From positions 2,497 through 66,496 of IMG/VR virus record IMGVR_UViG_3300017780_001544: 64,000 nt of DNA. One strand, 5' to 3'. This DNA is from a virus (taxonomy: Duplodnaviria; Caudoviricetes). Of this stretch, positions 9,061 to 18,902 are shown piece by piece (position 1 is the stretch's first letter; the number at the start of each line of letters is the position of its first letter). The notes under the pieces were generated by a model. The model was not told where the DNA came from. It saw nothing but the letters and a program-made list of their open reading frames with translations, and ran no database searches. Made by a program: the position numbers and the translations under genes.

Positions 9061-10493
9061 ACTGCACGAAGTCCTTTAGCTACGTTAAGGCCGTCACCGC
9101 CACGCGCTGCTTTCTTACGCGACTGCTCCGCCCGCTTCATCATCGCATACAGTTTATCTGTACCGCGCTTTTCGCTGCCTTTACCAATACGACGGACTGC
9201 TTCGGGAGGGAAGTGGACTTCGCCATCTGCAACGCGAGCCTCACGCCCGCCAATGCTGGCACGGATAGAGTCGCTGGTGCCGTCGCCGGGACCATTAATG
9301 GGGATGCCGCCAAGGCCAGCAAGAATTTTTTGTCCCGCACGTCCACTGCCCTTACCAAACTCAGCAGTTTCGCGGGCGGGCATAACAAACGACCCAGCGC
9401 TCATATGGACTACGCAACCATCAGCATAACCCGGCATCTGCTGCTCTTCCTCTTCCTGCTGGCCCATATAAGGCTGCGGCGAGAACGAGTACATCGGCTG
9501 ACCCTTTTTGGCATTCGGGTTAAGCATCGGCGTCATGAGCATGGTGCCCGGAGCGGTGTTTGACCCCGGCAATACCTGCTGCCCTTGTGCGTTAAATACC
9601 CCCGGTACTGACCGGTCGAACCAAGTACGCTCACCTGAGAAAGCAGGGTCTTTGAGTTCCGCAGCTTGGGGCGCGGCAATAACATTGCGCTGCTCGTTGG
9701 AGTACGGACCTTGATAGGAGTTATCCACTGCGCCTGACTGTCCGCCGTCACCACCCTTCGGTGCAAATGCGTTAGAAATGCCACCATACGCACCGGATAT
9801 AGCCATGGGGACAGCAGCTTTAGCAAGGAACCCAGTAGCGGCAGGACCGCCACCAAGCGGTACGCCCTTAGCAGTATTGGCAAAGCCCTGCATGAAACCG
9901 CCAAGACCTTTTTTGGCAACTGCTTGAGCAGTCTGCTGCGCAGCTTCGGTACCCGCAGTCTTTACAGCTTCTGTACCTGCAGTTTTTGCAACTTCGGTAG
10001 CCGCAGCAGGAGCCGCAGCAGTTGGTGCAACTGCGCCGCTGATAGCACCCTTGATACCGCCAGCCAACGAAGCACCGCCGTACGCGCTAAGGCCAGCCAT
10101 AAGACCTTTCTTAAGGTCGCCTGTGATCGCGGTAGTACCCGCACCGACAAGAACACCCGTACCAGCAGCACCACCGATACCACCTAACGCACTACCAATA
10201 GCAGCACCAACACCGGGCAGAGCCAAGTTCAGGCCCACACCAACAAGCAGCGGAAGTAGTTTACCAAGCCAGCCAGCTTCAGGAAGGCCAGTCTCTGGGT
10301 TGATTGTAAGTGAACCACCATGGGCCATAGCGAGCGCCTGCAACCCACCAACCTCGTGAGGGGTCATGTGCACGAGCATCGAGTCTTCACCGCGACCTTG
10401 CGACTGAAGCTTCTGCGCCAGTGGATTAGTATGGACAGGAAGACCGCCCCCCATTGTACCACTGTACGGCTGTACCATCTGTTGAGGGTCCAT
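9057..10493 (-). CDS. Internal virion protein, 478 aa
   Basis: N-terminal QGRGEDSMLVHMTPHEV...TINPETGLPEA block, Gly/Ala hydrophobic segments, C-terminal INGPGDGTSDSI...ADGEVHFP block. Confidence 0.7.
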   Translation of the reverse strand: MDPQQMVQPYSGTMGGGLPVHTNPLAQKLQSQGRGEDSMLVHMTPHEVGGLQALAMAHGGSLTINPETGLPEAGWLGKLLPLLVGVGLNLALPGVGAAIGSALGGIGGAAGTGVLVGAGTTAITGDLKKGLMAGLSAYGGASLAGGIKGAISGAVAPTAAAPAAATEVAKTAGTEAVKTAGTEAAQQTAQAVAKKGLGGFMQGFANTAKGVPLGGGPAATGFLAKAAVPMAISGAYGGISNAFAPKGGDGGQSGAVDNSYQGPYSNEQRNVIAAPQAAELKDPAFSGERTWFDRSVPGVFNAQGQQVLPGSNTAPGTMLMTPMLNPNAKKGQPMYSFSPQPYMGQQEEEEQQMPGYADGCVVHMSAGSFVMPARETAEFGKGSGRAGQKILAGLGGIPINGPGDGTSDSIRASIGGREARVADGEVHFPPEAVRRIGKGSEKRGTDKLYAMMKRAEQSRKKAARGGDGLNVAKGLRAV

Positions 10494-10558
10494 AGTTATT
10501 TCCTACCTTGTCACTGCGCTTATAACGGTAATTTGTCCAAAACTAAAGCCCTTACGCA

Positions 10559-11230
10559 TCACGTAACCTCCGATACAAACTCAACCTGCACAATAGCCGA
10601 AGGTGTGGCTGGATGTGTAGGAGTTACGCCCGCTGAGTATGTAACCGCTGGGAAATGCTCTATGCTCACACCTGTATTTGTAACATGCCACATAATTTCG
10701 ACGTAATCGTTTGAAGCTAGCTCGACCATGATTGTCGTTGTCGCAATTAAGTGTGAAGGATTACCACTGCCTTTGCGCGGTGAAAGAGAAAACCGGCTAT
10801 TAGTATCAGCGATGTCAGCCCCATTCTTGCGTAACCAGATGTCAACATCTTGCACGTCGTTGGTCGTGTTTTTGAACTGGATACTAAAGGTGACGGCGTA
10901 CACGCCTTCGGTCGGCACTGTGAGCCGCGAACCACTGCTCAGCGTAACCCCGTCTAAGAAGTCGGACTGGTCGTAGGTAATTGCGTAAGCCACATCTATA
11001 GCGGCTGCGGTCTGGTCTGTTTGGCTCTGGAACTGGCCGTAAGGGAAAGAGAGATGGACGCCGCTCCCGTAAAAGAAGTCAGCCGTGTACTTCTCCGCAT
11101 TGTTGGGAGTGCGTGAGTCCAACTGCGCAAAGTAGATTTCGATTACGCGGATAACCTGCCGCATATACTGCGCGTCCCAGTCCTTTGGTGGATTGGGTAG
11201 CGGAGGTGCGTTGAAGAGGTCGAGAGCCAT
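10559..11230 (-). CDS. Tail-associated protein with C1q/TNF-like beta domain, 223 aa
   Basis: N-terminal APPLPNPP...YMRQVIRVIEIYFAQLD helix followed by SRLTVPTEGVYAVTFSIQF...DVDIWLRKNG jelly-roll pattern. Follows the hub gene. Confidence 0.6.
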   Translation of the reverse strand: MALDLFNAPPLPNPPKDWDAQYMRQVIRVIEIYFAQLDSRTPNNAEKYTADFFYGSGVHLSFPYGQFQSQTDQTAAAIDVAYAITYDQSDFLDGVTLSSGSRLTVPTEGVYAVTFSIQFKNTTNDVQDVDIWLRKNGADIADTNSRFSLSPRKGSGNPSHLIATTTIMVELASNDYVEIMWHVTNTGVSIEHFPAVTYSAGVTPTHPATPSAIVQVEFVSEVT

Positions 11231-13179
11231 TAGCGTTTACCATCTGGGCGTGCATCAAGACGCGGTGCGCCAAGCTGCCACTGGGTAACTGTGTCGTTGG
11301 AACTCACTTTGAGCGCCATCTGCCGCGCACGGATACGCATGAAGACCTGCCCTGTGAAAGCACCGACTGCAGTTTGCGTTACCTTTGCCGTGTCAGCCGT
11401 GTTGGTATTGAACGCATTGCCGGGGAAGTTACGGCTCCTGATCTCAAGTGTGGCTTCGGGGTTGGGGTCAGCCGGTACTGTCGGGGCTGTAGACCCCGCA
11501 AAATCAATATCAGGGATGATACGCCGTGTGAGCATAAACTGCTCACCATCATCAAGATCGAAGTCGTTCGACTGGATATAAGCTTCCATCGGCAGACCAG
11601 CGTCAGTGATACCATCCTCATGGTTATAGAGATAGCCGGAGGTAGAGTCTGCGGCGGTATTCGCAGCCTGTGGGAAATGGCGTAGTGGGGTATCGAGCCA
11701 TGCCGTACGGTCAATGGTGCCGTAATACCAGACTTGGTCGAGGTAGTTATACACTACGTAGGCATTGTTATAATTGCTATCTGCTGTCGGGTAGAACCAC
11801 CACACTTCGTTCCATTGCTCGTTGGTGCCGCAGATAATCTGGTCCGACTGCTCGAAGTTGATGTTCATGAACACATGGTTACGCAAGGTGCACGGAAGCG
11901 TTTCGACGCGGCCCGTGTAGGCATAGAACTTGTCCTGCCCCATCCAGTAGACGACGTTGGCAGCAGTTATCATGCACCGAGGTGAGGCAACTGAGATGTT
12001 ATCCGCATATTCCTGAATGCCGAAGACATCAGTCGTCCCAAGGAACTGAAGCGTATAGAGGTTGCTATCAGTCCAAACCAAGATTTCCTGACGAGTTGGT
12101 AGTGCACGAACAATACGCGATCCACGCGAAACGCGCAGGAAACCGGCACTATTGGTAACAGTCGGCCCCCACTCGCCGGGGCTATCCTGCGATGCCCAGC
12201 GAATAAGTAGTGGGTCAAAATCATCTGGGTTTACGCTACCAAAAGGCACAGCGCCGAAAGCCAACAGGTGCTTATCCTGCTGTGATACCAGAAGCTGCAT
12301 GACCTTGATCGGGACGTCGTTAGCACTGTACCCTTGGTTCGTAGCATATGTCTGTAACGTAATAGCCCGAGTGGCAAGCGCAGTGACAGGGCTAACCGTA
12401 GTCCCGCGCTCCCAGTAATAGGGTGCGCCATTGCGGATATTAGCCACAAGGTCGTTGTCGAAGTTGTCCATCCACCAGTCACGCTGCGCTAAGGTAATTG
12501 GGCTGGTAGAGCTAGAACCCCATGCGCCGCGACTCCATGCACCTGTACCCCAGCCGTAACCCAAGGTTGCGCTGGCATAACCAGTGTCAATTTCAAAACT
12601 GACCGTGATACCCGAACCGCCACCACCGGACACTGTCGAAGTAGCAGCAGTGGTAGTGGTGAAAGTGAAGGAGTTAGCGGGTGTGCCTGAAGTTGTAATA
12701 AGGTGCGTGTCGTTAAGCTCAGCGGCTGGGATACCCCCTACTGCCGTAGCGCCAGATATATCTACGTAATTACCCGCAGTAGCACTGGGGTCTACAGCCA
12801 GCGTCACCCGTACGACATTCGACCCATTAGTGGTGTAGATCGAGTTAGTGGTGTTGGCACCTGTGTAGGTTGGCGCAGTGGCACGCAAAGGGGTGATGTC
12901 TGCGTAGTCGCCGCCGGTACCGTTCTGGATATACAGCTTAAGGTTCGTACCTAGTCCGAGAAAATCATCGCTGTATGTGGTAATCCAACTCCACATCTGA
13001 CGGCAAGTGCCAAGGAACGTAGCATTGCCAGCGGGGCCTGCATCAGTCCAGCCACCAATCTTCTCAGGGTAAACCGAACGAAACCTGATCTTGTCACAAG
13101 CATACCAGCCGCCTTCGCCCGAATAATCGGTCTGGTCGCGGTTCACACCGGGCTTAAACTGGAGCTTGATGAAGGACAT
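11230..13179 (-). CDS. Tail hub/nozzle protein (P22 gp10 / T7 gp12-like), 649 aa
   Basis: FKPGVNRDQTDYSGEGGWY..DKIRFR..YPEKIGGW start, beta-propeller-like Trp-rich strands (IRWASQD, EVWWFYP), size and position. Confidence 0.8.
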   Translation of the reverse strand: MSFIKLQFKPGVNRDQTDYSGEGGWYACDKIRFRSVYPEKIGGWTDAGPAGNATFLGTCRQMWSWITTYSDDFLGLGTNLKLYIQNGTGGDYADITPLRATAPTYTGANTTNSIYTTNGSNVVRVTLAVDPSATAGNYVDISGATAVGGIPAAELNDTHLITTSGTPANSFTFTTTTAATSTVSGGGGSGITVSFEIDTGYASATLGYGWGTGAWSRGAWGSSSTSPITLAQRDWWMDNFDNDLVANIRNGAPYYWERGTTVSPVTALATRAITLQTYATNQGYSANDVPIKVMQLLVSQQDKHLLAFGAVPFGSVNPDDFDPLLIRWASQDSPGEWGPTVTNSAGFLRVSRGSRIVRALPTRQEILVWTDSNLYTLQFLGTTDVFGIQEYADNISVASPRCMITAANVVYWMGQDKFYAYTGRVETLPCTLRNHVFMNINFEQSDQIICGTNEQWNEVWWFYPTADSNYNNAYVVYNYLDQVWYYGTIDRTAWLDTPLRHFPQAANTAADSTSGYLYNHEDGITDAGLPMEAYIQSNDFDLDDGEQFMLTRRIIPDIDFAGSTAPTVPADPNPEATLEIRSRNFPGNAFNTNTADTAKVTQTAVGAFTGQVFMRIRARQMALKVSSNDTVTQWQLGAPRLDARPDGKR

Positions 13180-13193
13180 TAGCTACCTATCTC

Positions 13194-13805
13194 TTAAGTG
13201 TAAGCAAACGAAACTTGGCCACGGGCACCTTGGCCAGACTGTACGTTAGAAGCATCAAGACCGCTACCGCCACCACCGCCGCCCGGAGGCGAACCAGCAA
13301 TCGTTCCTGTATAAGCACCGCCAGCACCGCCGCCAGCACCATCCCCACCAGTACCGTCATTTGTATTATCAGAACCAGTGTTGCCGCTGGTATTGGTATC
13401 GCCACCTGTTGCCGTACCACCTGCTCCACCGGCAGTGGTATTACCGCCTACGCCGCCACCGGCTGACAAACTTACTGAACCGCCTGATACGGTGCCCGAG
13501 ACAGTGGAGGTATTACCATTGGTACCGATACCTTGGGTAGTACGCCCTACGGCTGTACCGGCGACTGCGTAAGTCATGGTGTTACCACTCACTACTGCAA
13601 TCGTTTTAACAGTCCGTGAGCCGCCACCTCCACCGCCGCCGAGGGTAGTGCTGTTATAGCCACCGGCACCGCCGCCGCCGTCAACAGTGATAACGACCAA
13701 AGTCGCACCCGCAGGTACAGTCTCGGTTCCGCCGCCCGACGTATACGTGTTAGTTACAGGAGTGAACCCGCCGCTACCAAGCAGCGCCATATGAATACCG
13801 CTCAT
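13194..13805 (-). CDS. Glycine-rich fibre-tip/adhesin-like protein, 203 aa
   Basis: TETVPAGATLVVITVDGGGGAG...GGGGGGS...GARGQVSFAY Gly-rich domain immediately downstream of the tail fibre gene. Confidence 0.7.
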   Translation of the reverse strand: MSGIHMALLGSGGFTPVTNTYTSGGGTETVPAGATLVVITVDGGGGAGGYNSTTLGGGGGGGSRTVKTIAVVSGNTMTYAVAGTAVGRTTQGIGTNGNTSTVSGTVSGGSVSLSAGGGVGGNTTAGGAGGTATGGDTNTSGNTGSDNTNDGTGGDGAGGGAGGAYTGTIAGSPPGGGGGGSGLDASNVQSGQGARGQVSFAYT

Positions 13806-15931
13806 TAAGTGACCCCTGCGCCGGAAATGATTGCTTCGGTTGCACTGTTGAACCAGACGGTAGCCATGCCCCGTGGGGCCAGCGTGCGGTTGCCCGTAGT
13901 GGTTGTACCCGCAAGACGCAGCGTTGTGACGCCCGCCGTAATGGTAACTGCCGAGGCACTATCATTGTAAATCGACACGGCATCACCCGCAGCAAACGTG
14001 CTGTTCGGGATCGTGATACCAGCCGACACAGCGATGCACTTACCAACGTCCCCTACAGCAGCCGTGGTCGTCGTGGTTGAGCGTGGGATGCTACGGTAGC
14101 CAATAGTTACGCCGTTAATGGTAGTCGTGTTATTCAAGGACGTAATGTCGGTGTTTGCACCTGAAGCAGCCGCGCCAATAGCCGTAAGGGTCCACGTTAC
14201 GTTAGCCGATCCATTGAAGGTCTGCCCAGATGCCCCAATGGTAAGTGTCCGTGCCGTAGTCAGCGTAGCGGCGCTACCCGTGGTATTCTGGTTAAGCGTC
14301 GGGAACGTGCAGTTTGTAAGCGTACCGGAAGAAGGTGTGCCAAGTGCGCCACCGGGAACCACATAGTCAGTGCCTGCGGTAGCGGCAGTAAAAGCCCCAG
14401 TCCCATTCCCCTTTAGGACACCCGTAAGGGTTGTTGCGCCAGTACCACCGTTGGCAACACCCACCGTGCCGGTGACGTTTCCTGCTGTCCCCGTAGTGTT
14501 CTGGTTCAGCGTAGGAATATCAGCAGCAACTATCGCACGGAATGTCGGCGTGCCCGCCGCACCGTTAGGAGCGGCCAAGAACGTATTAGCGGTCTGTGAA
14601 GAGAAGTTGGAAGCAGCAACGGACAGCGTACCGCCGAGGGTGAGGTTGCCTGTGGTGGTAACCGTGCCGGTGAGTGTGATACCGCTGACGGTGCCAGTAC
14701 CACTTACTGAAGATACCGAGCCACCGCCAGAACCAGCACCGATTGCGGTGCGGAACGAAGCAGCGTCCAGAGCCGATACCGTATTGTTCGCGTTAATTTG
14801 CAAGAACGTGATGGCTGAAGGGTTAGCCAGCGTGAACATGTTGCCGCCAACCGTGGTAGCCCCAAGACTTGTGCGTGCACCCGCTGCATCTGTTGCGTTC
14901 GTACCACCATTAGCAAGTGGCAGAGTACCTGTAACCTGTGAGGTTAAGTTGACGCCAGACAACGTGCCGCCGAGTGTAAGGTTGCCAGACGACGTCACTG
15001 TGCCAGTGAGTGTGAGACCGTTAACCGTACCTGTACCACCTACACTGGTAACCGTGCCCGTAGTCGAGCTAGTACCCGCACCGATTGCGGTACGGAAGGT
15101 TGCCGCATCCAATGCGCTCACGGTGTTATCGGCGTTAAACCGAGGGAACGTGATTGCTGACGGGTTAGTCAGCGTGAAGACGTTCCCACCTACAGTAGTA
15201 GCACCTAGTGAAGTACGAGCTAAAGCTGCCGTGTTAGCTCCGGTACCACCTTGCGCAATGCTAAGCGCAGTGGTTAGACCGCTTAGCGAAGTAATATCGT
15301 TATTGGCACCCAGAATTGCAGCGCTCAATGACGTACGAGCCAAGGCTGCTGTGTTAGCCCCAGTGCCACCCTGCCCGACGCTCAGCGGAGTAACTATACC
15401 GTTGAGAGAGGTGATGTCGGTATTAGCCCCGGAAGCCGCAGCACCAAGAGCCGAGCGCGCCGTAGCAGCGGTGTTCCCACCCGTGCCACCAGATGCAACG
15501 GGGAGGACTGTGGCAAGCGTCAACGACGTAAGGTGAGTGACGACATCTTTAACATTCGTACCATCGTTAAACACCCACAGGGTTTTGCCTGTAGGTACAG
15601 CAATGCCGGTGCCGGTAGCATTCTTAATCGTGATTGTGCCGTCAGTACCGTTGTTAACAATGTACGTTTTCTCAATGGCAGGTACGATGAGGTTGTAGCC
15701 CGCAGTCGCGGTACCCGTCAGGTTAAGGCGCATGTTACGCGCCGTCTGTGTAGCGTTTGTATCCGTCAGGGTAAGGGTAACATTGGCACTGGAGAAGGCG
15801 ACATCAGCCGTGCCAGCAATAGCCTCTTCAAGCGCCGTGCCAAGGTTGGTATTGGTGACGTTACCCCAAGTGGCGCTGTTCTCGCCTGTGGCCATCAACT
15901 GGATTTTAAGGTTGCTATATGTGCTTGCCAT
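13805..15931 (-). CDS. Tail fibre protein, 708 aa
   Basis: Conserved anchor MASTYSNLKIQLMATGENSATWG, repeated L(P/S)xxxGGT(G/N)A...ARTSLG units, and a duplicated ~100-aa block (GATTVGGNxFTLxNPSAITF...GNLTLGGTLS). Thr/Ala/Gly-rich. Confidence 0.85.
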   Translation of the reverse strand: MASTYSNLKIQLMATGENSATWGNVTNTNLGTALEEAIAGTADVAFSSANVTLTLTDTNATQTARNMRLNLTGTATAGYNLIVPAIEKTYIVNNGTDGTITIKNATGTGIAVPTGKTLWVFNDGTNVKDVVTHLTSLTLATVLPVASGGTGGNTAATARSALGAAASGANTDITSLNGIVTPLSVGQGGTGANTAALARTSLSAAILGANNDITSLSGLTTALSIAQGGTGANTAALARTSLGATTVGGNVFTLTNPSAITFPRFNADNTVSALDAATFRTAIGAGTSSTTGTVTSVGGTGTVNGLTLTGTVTSSGNLTLGGTLSGVNLTSQVTGTLPLANGGTNATDAAGARTSLGATTVGGNMFTLANPSAITFLQINANNTVSALDAASFRTAIGAGSGGGSVSSVSGTGTVSGITLTGTVTTTGNLTLGGTLSVAASNFSSQTANTFLAAPNGAAGTPTFRAIVAADIPTLNQNTTGTAGNVTGTVGVANGGTGATTLTGVLKGNGTGAFTAATAGTDYVVPGGALGTPSSGTLTNCTFPTLNQNTTGSAATLTTARTLTIGASGQTFNGSANVTWTLTAIGAAASGANTDITSLNNTTTINGVTIGYRSIPRSTTTTTAAVGDVGKCIAVSAGITIPNSTFAAGDAVSIYNDSASAVTITAGVTTLRLAGTTTTGNRTLAPRGMATVWFNSATEAIISGAGVT

Positions 15932-15940
15932 CTTCGTTCC

Positions 15941-17296
15941 TTACGTTGGGATTTGCACCCAAGTCACTGTATTTCCGTCGTTAACTTGTGTCCACGTTCC
16001 CGTCTGGCTATCGTTAACAGGTACCCAGTTAGCTGTCTGGTTATCATTAATTTGACCCCAGACAAGCACGGAACCGATACTGCCAATAGCCGAAACCCCA
16101 ACGGGGAATACCCTAGCCCCAAGTCTTACGCTAGTAGTACCTATAAATCCAGAGGCAGAAACACCAGTAAGGCTTACGTTCTGGGCCACCTTCGTCGTAG
16201 CTGTACCGATAGAGCCAGTAGCCGAAACACCCGTTAGGACTGCATTAGCTTTATTAGATACAGATACTGTACCAATGGAGCCAGTAGCCGAGACCCCAGT
16301 TACGGTGGTGTTAGCTTTGCCGGTTTCGGTCGTATCCCCAATAGAGCCTGTGGCCGAAACACCTGTCAGGGTGGCGCTTGCTGTCACAACAGCAGCGGCG
16401 GTACCAATCGAGCCGGTGGCTGAAACGCCTGTTACGGAAGTATTAGCCTTAGCAGCTTCGGTTGTATCTCCAATGGACCCAGTGGCTGAAACGCCTGTCA
16501 GGGCTACATTCTGGCTGGCGCTAGTCGATACGGTACCAATAGACCCAGTAGCTGAGACGCCTGTTAGGGTTGTGTTAGATTTGGCTGCTACTGTAGCGGT
16601 GCCAATAGCAGCAGCGCCTGTTACCCCCGTAAGGATTGCGTTAGCTTTAGCAGTCTCAGTCGTGTCCCCGACAGACCCAGTAGCCGAGACGCCGGTTACA
16701 GAGAAGCTAGCCTTACCAGAAACCGTGGCTGTGCCAGCAGCGGCAGAAGCCACAACGCCGTTGACGTTGGTGTTTTGCTTACCGACGACCATAACGACGC
16801 CGATAGAACCAGATGCTGCTACCCCAGTAACAGGTACGGGAGTTACTGACCCTGCAGTAACAGTGCCGAGAGCCGTTGCGCCTGTGACCCCAGCTAGAGT
16901 TACTCTGGCTTTGCCAGTCTCGGTTGTATCACCGATAACCCCAGTGGCAGACACACCTGTGAGGGTAATGCTAGACTTGCCGGTTTCAGTTGTATCACCG
17001 ATAGAGCCGGTGGCTGAAACGCCTGTGAGGGTAGTGTTTGCTTTGCCGGTCTCGGTTGTATCGCCAATAGAGCCGGTGGCTGAAACGCCTGTGAGGGTTG
17101 TATTATTCTTGGCAGCTACAGTAGCTGTACCAATAGACCCGGTAGCCGAAACGCCTGTGGGGAATACGTTAGCTTTGCCAGTCTCGGTTGTATCACCAAT
17201 AGACCCAGTGGCCGAAACGCCTGTGAGGCTAACTGATACAGATGCTGTACCGAGAGCAGCAAATGGTGCAGCCGCGAAGGAGGTAAAACCAAACAT
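15941..17296 (-). CDS. Virion fibre-like repeat protein, 451 aa, with 17 full plus 1 partial 22-aa repeats
   Basis: MFGFTSFAAAPFAALG leader, then TGVSATGSIGDTTETGKANxxL-type 22-mers, then three 11-aa (I/V)NDxxTxxWxx units. Confidence 0.8.
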   Translation of the reverse strand: MFGFTSFAAAPFAALGTASVSVSLTGVSATGSIGDTTETGKANVFPTGVSATGSIGTATVAAKNNTTLTGVSATGSIGDTTETGKANTTLTGVSATGSIGDTTETGKSSITLTGVSATGVIGDTTETGKARVTLAGVTGATALGTVTAGSVTPVPVTGVAASGSIGVVMVVGKQNTNVNGVVASAAAGTATVSGKASFSVTGVSATGSVGDTTETAKANAILTGVTGAAAIGTATVAAKSNTTLTGVSATGSIGTVSTSASQNVALTGVSATGSIGDTTEAAKANTSVTGVSATGSIGTAAAVVTASATLTGVSATGSIGDTTETGKANTTVTGVSATGSIGTVSVSNKANAVLTGVSATGSIGTATTKVAQNVSLTGVSASGFIGTTSVRLGARVFPVGVSAIGSIGSVLVWGQINDNQTANWVPVNDSQTGTWTQVNDGNTVTWVQIPT

Positions 17297-17338
17297 GTGT
17301 AAGCCCCCTCCTTCCGGCTAGGTTAGTACTGGTAGGAG

Positions 17339-17506
17339 TTAGCCTCCGAGGTACTGCGCACCGGCAGCGGCGATGGTAGCGATTACGCCGAGAATTCCGG
17401 CTATCTTAGCCTTCTTACCCATCTTGGGTTGCGCGTCATCCATAGGCAGGATTTTGTTGGTAGCTTCCTTCACGGCAATCTTCGTGATGATTTTCTTCAA
17501 GTCCAT
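17339..17506 (-). CDS. Small lysis-cassette membrane protein (holin/antiholin-like), 55 aa
   Basis: AGGAG RBS before ATG 17506 (later start than the track). Basic N-terminus and C-terminal hydrophobic helix IAGILGVIATIAAAGAQYL. Follows the endolysin. Confidence 0.55.
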   Translation of the reverse strand: MDLKKIITKIAVKEATNKILPMDDAQPKMGKKAKIAGILGVIATIAAAGAQYLGG

Positions 17507-17516
17507 ATCAATCTCC

Positions 17517-18131
17517 TCATGCCCAAGCGGCGTACTTTTTCGTCTTCGCTTTGCGATCATCCAGACCATGTGTACCACCATTAATTCGTTTTGTCAGCGC
17601 AAGGATTGCACCGTCGCCTGTACCTTGGTCGCAGATACCCCACAGCTTGTTTCGGTCAAAGAACCAAAGCGCGCTCTCGAAGCAGAGTTCGCCAGCCACA
17701 AGGTCTGGGTTATCTAGCACTTCTTCCTCACGCCCGATGTACTTTCCGAACGCACGGTAGTTATCCTTGCCGGTAAGCTGAAGCGCACCGCGTCCTCGGT
17801 ATTTCCATCCGTCACCTGAGCTTTCAGGTCCGTTGCCCATGCGATTTGCATAGACACGATTGGCAATCTTTTGTGGTTGGCGTTCGTAGGCGCGAGCCAA
17901 CGCATCAGTCGGGAAGTACTTGCCAAAAATACCACGTAGCCCCTTTGCACCATAGTTCAGGTTCTCGCTGAACGTTTTGAAGCCACCCGACTCATGCGCC
18001 GTTTGAGCAAAGAAATGCGCAGCACGAGCAGGTGATAGCTTATAAAAAGCCGCAGCTTTTTTATACGTACCCGGGCCGAATGCACCATCTGCGGTTACTC
18101 CAATCTTCTTCTGAAGTTCAATCATGCTCAT
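17517..18131 (-). CDS. Endolysin, glycoside hydrolase family 19 with N-terminal peptidoglycan-binding motif, 204 aa
   Basis: LQKKIGVTADGAFGPGT PG-binding motif, AHFFAQTAHESGGF, GDGWKYRGRGALQLTGKDNY, INGGTHGLDDR. ATGA overlap with the upstream gene places the start at 18131. Confidence 0.92.
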   Translation of the reverse strand: MSMIELQKKIGVTADGAFGPGTYKKAAAFYKLSPARAAHFFAQTAHESGGFKTFSENLNYGAKGLRGIFGKYFPTDALARAYERQPQKIANRVYANRMGNGPESSGDGWKYRGRGALQLTGKDNYRAFGKYIGREEEVLDNPDLVAGELCFESALWFFDRNKLWGICDQGTGDGAILALTKRINGGTHGLDDRKAKTKKYAAWA

Positions 18132-18649
18132 TTGCCAGCACTCCGCCAATCAGGAAAGTCATCTTCGTCAACCACGCCGTCGCCGGTTACGTCGTAGCGC
18201 AGATCGTTACGGTACTTCTCCCACGGGGCCATGTCGTCATCGTCGTCATCTTCGGGCATGTCGATAAAGACTGTACCCTGCGGATCGTCGTATGGTTTAG
18301 GCGGTGCTGCTTGCATTTCTGGTGTCAGTTCGAGCGGCGGTTCGTGCGTTGGTGGTAGTGGTGATGGCTCTTCGATTTCTTTATCACGCGCATTGGCGTT
18401 AAGGCTTAGACCACCGAGCAGGCCCACAAAGGCCCCAATGATTGTCTGGAAGGCAGGATTGACCGTTTCAAGGATAGCCGCGCTGTCGATGACATCGTTC
18501 GGCATGAACAGGCCAGAGACAAGCGCCAGCACAACGACAAGGACAACTGCCGACAGCGTGACAATGGCCACACGAATAACAAACTCAACGGTGTCGTTGA
18601 CGCCGTCCTGTTTGCTTTCAAAACTATTCAGAAAGCTCATCTTCTTCAT
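18128..18649 (-). CDS. Two-TM holin-like protein with acidic C-terminal tail and EF-hand/dockerin-like loop
   Basis: Two hydrophobic helices, Pro/Asp/Glu-rich tail, DVTGDGVVDEDD loop. The start could be 18640. Confidence 0.6.
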   Translation of the reverse strand: MKKMSFLNSFESKQDGVNDTVEFVIRVAIVTLSAVVLVVVLALVSGLFMPNDVIDSAAILETVNPAFQTIIGAFVGLLGGLSLNANARDKEIEEPSPLPPTHEPPLELTPEMQAAPPKPYDDPQGTVFIDMPEDDDDDDMAPWEKYRNDLRYDVTGDGVVDEDDFPDWRSAGK

Positions 18650-18902
18650 CCTTCTTCTTTTGCATAGCGCCGCTACCCTGCCCTGCCATCAATCCTGCTA
18701 ATGCCCCCACGATAAACGTAGCGATTGGGTTAATCAGCTTAAAAAACTCTGCATCGTTTGGAGCTTGCCCATCCATTGGCTGCGACACAAACACCAGTGA
18801 GTATAGCACAGTAGCCACAATAAACGTAAGCGTCACCGACAGCACAATACCGACGATGAAGCGCAGCAGTTCCTCTGGTGACCACTCCCTAGTCGGCTTC
18901 AT
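18624..18902 (-). CDS. Two-TM holin-like protein, 92 aa
   Basis: GAGG RBS before ATG 18902. Two TM helices with INPIATFIVGALAGL, similar to the neighbouring gene. Confidence 0.6.
   Translation of the reverse strand: MKPTREWSPEELLRFIVGIVLSVTLTFIVATVLYSLVFVSQPMDGQAPNDAEFFKLINPIATFIVGALAGLMAGQGSGAMQKKKDEEDELSE

Noticed and set aside
14370-17321. Plus-strand Val/Pro-rich ORFs (388 aa, 348 aa)
   Set aside because: Antisense of Thr/Gly repeat fibres, whose codons lack reverse stops.
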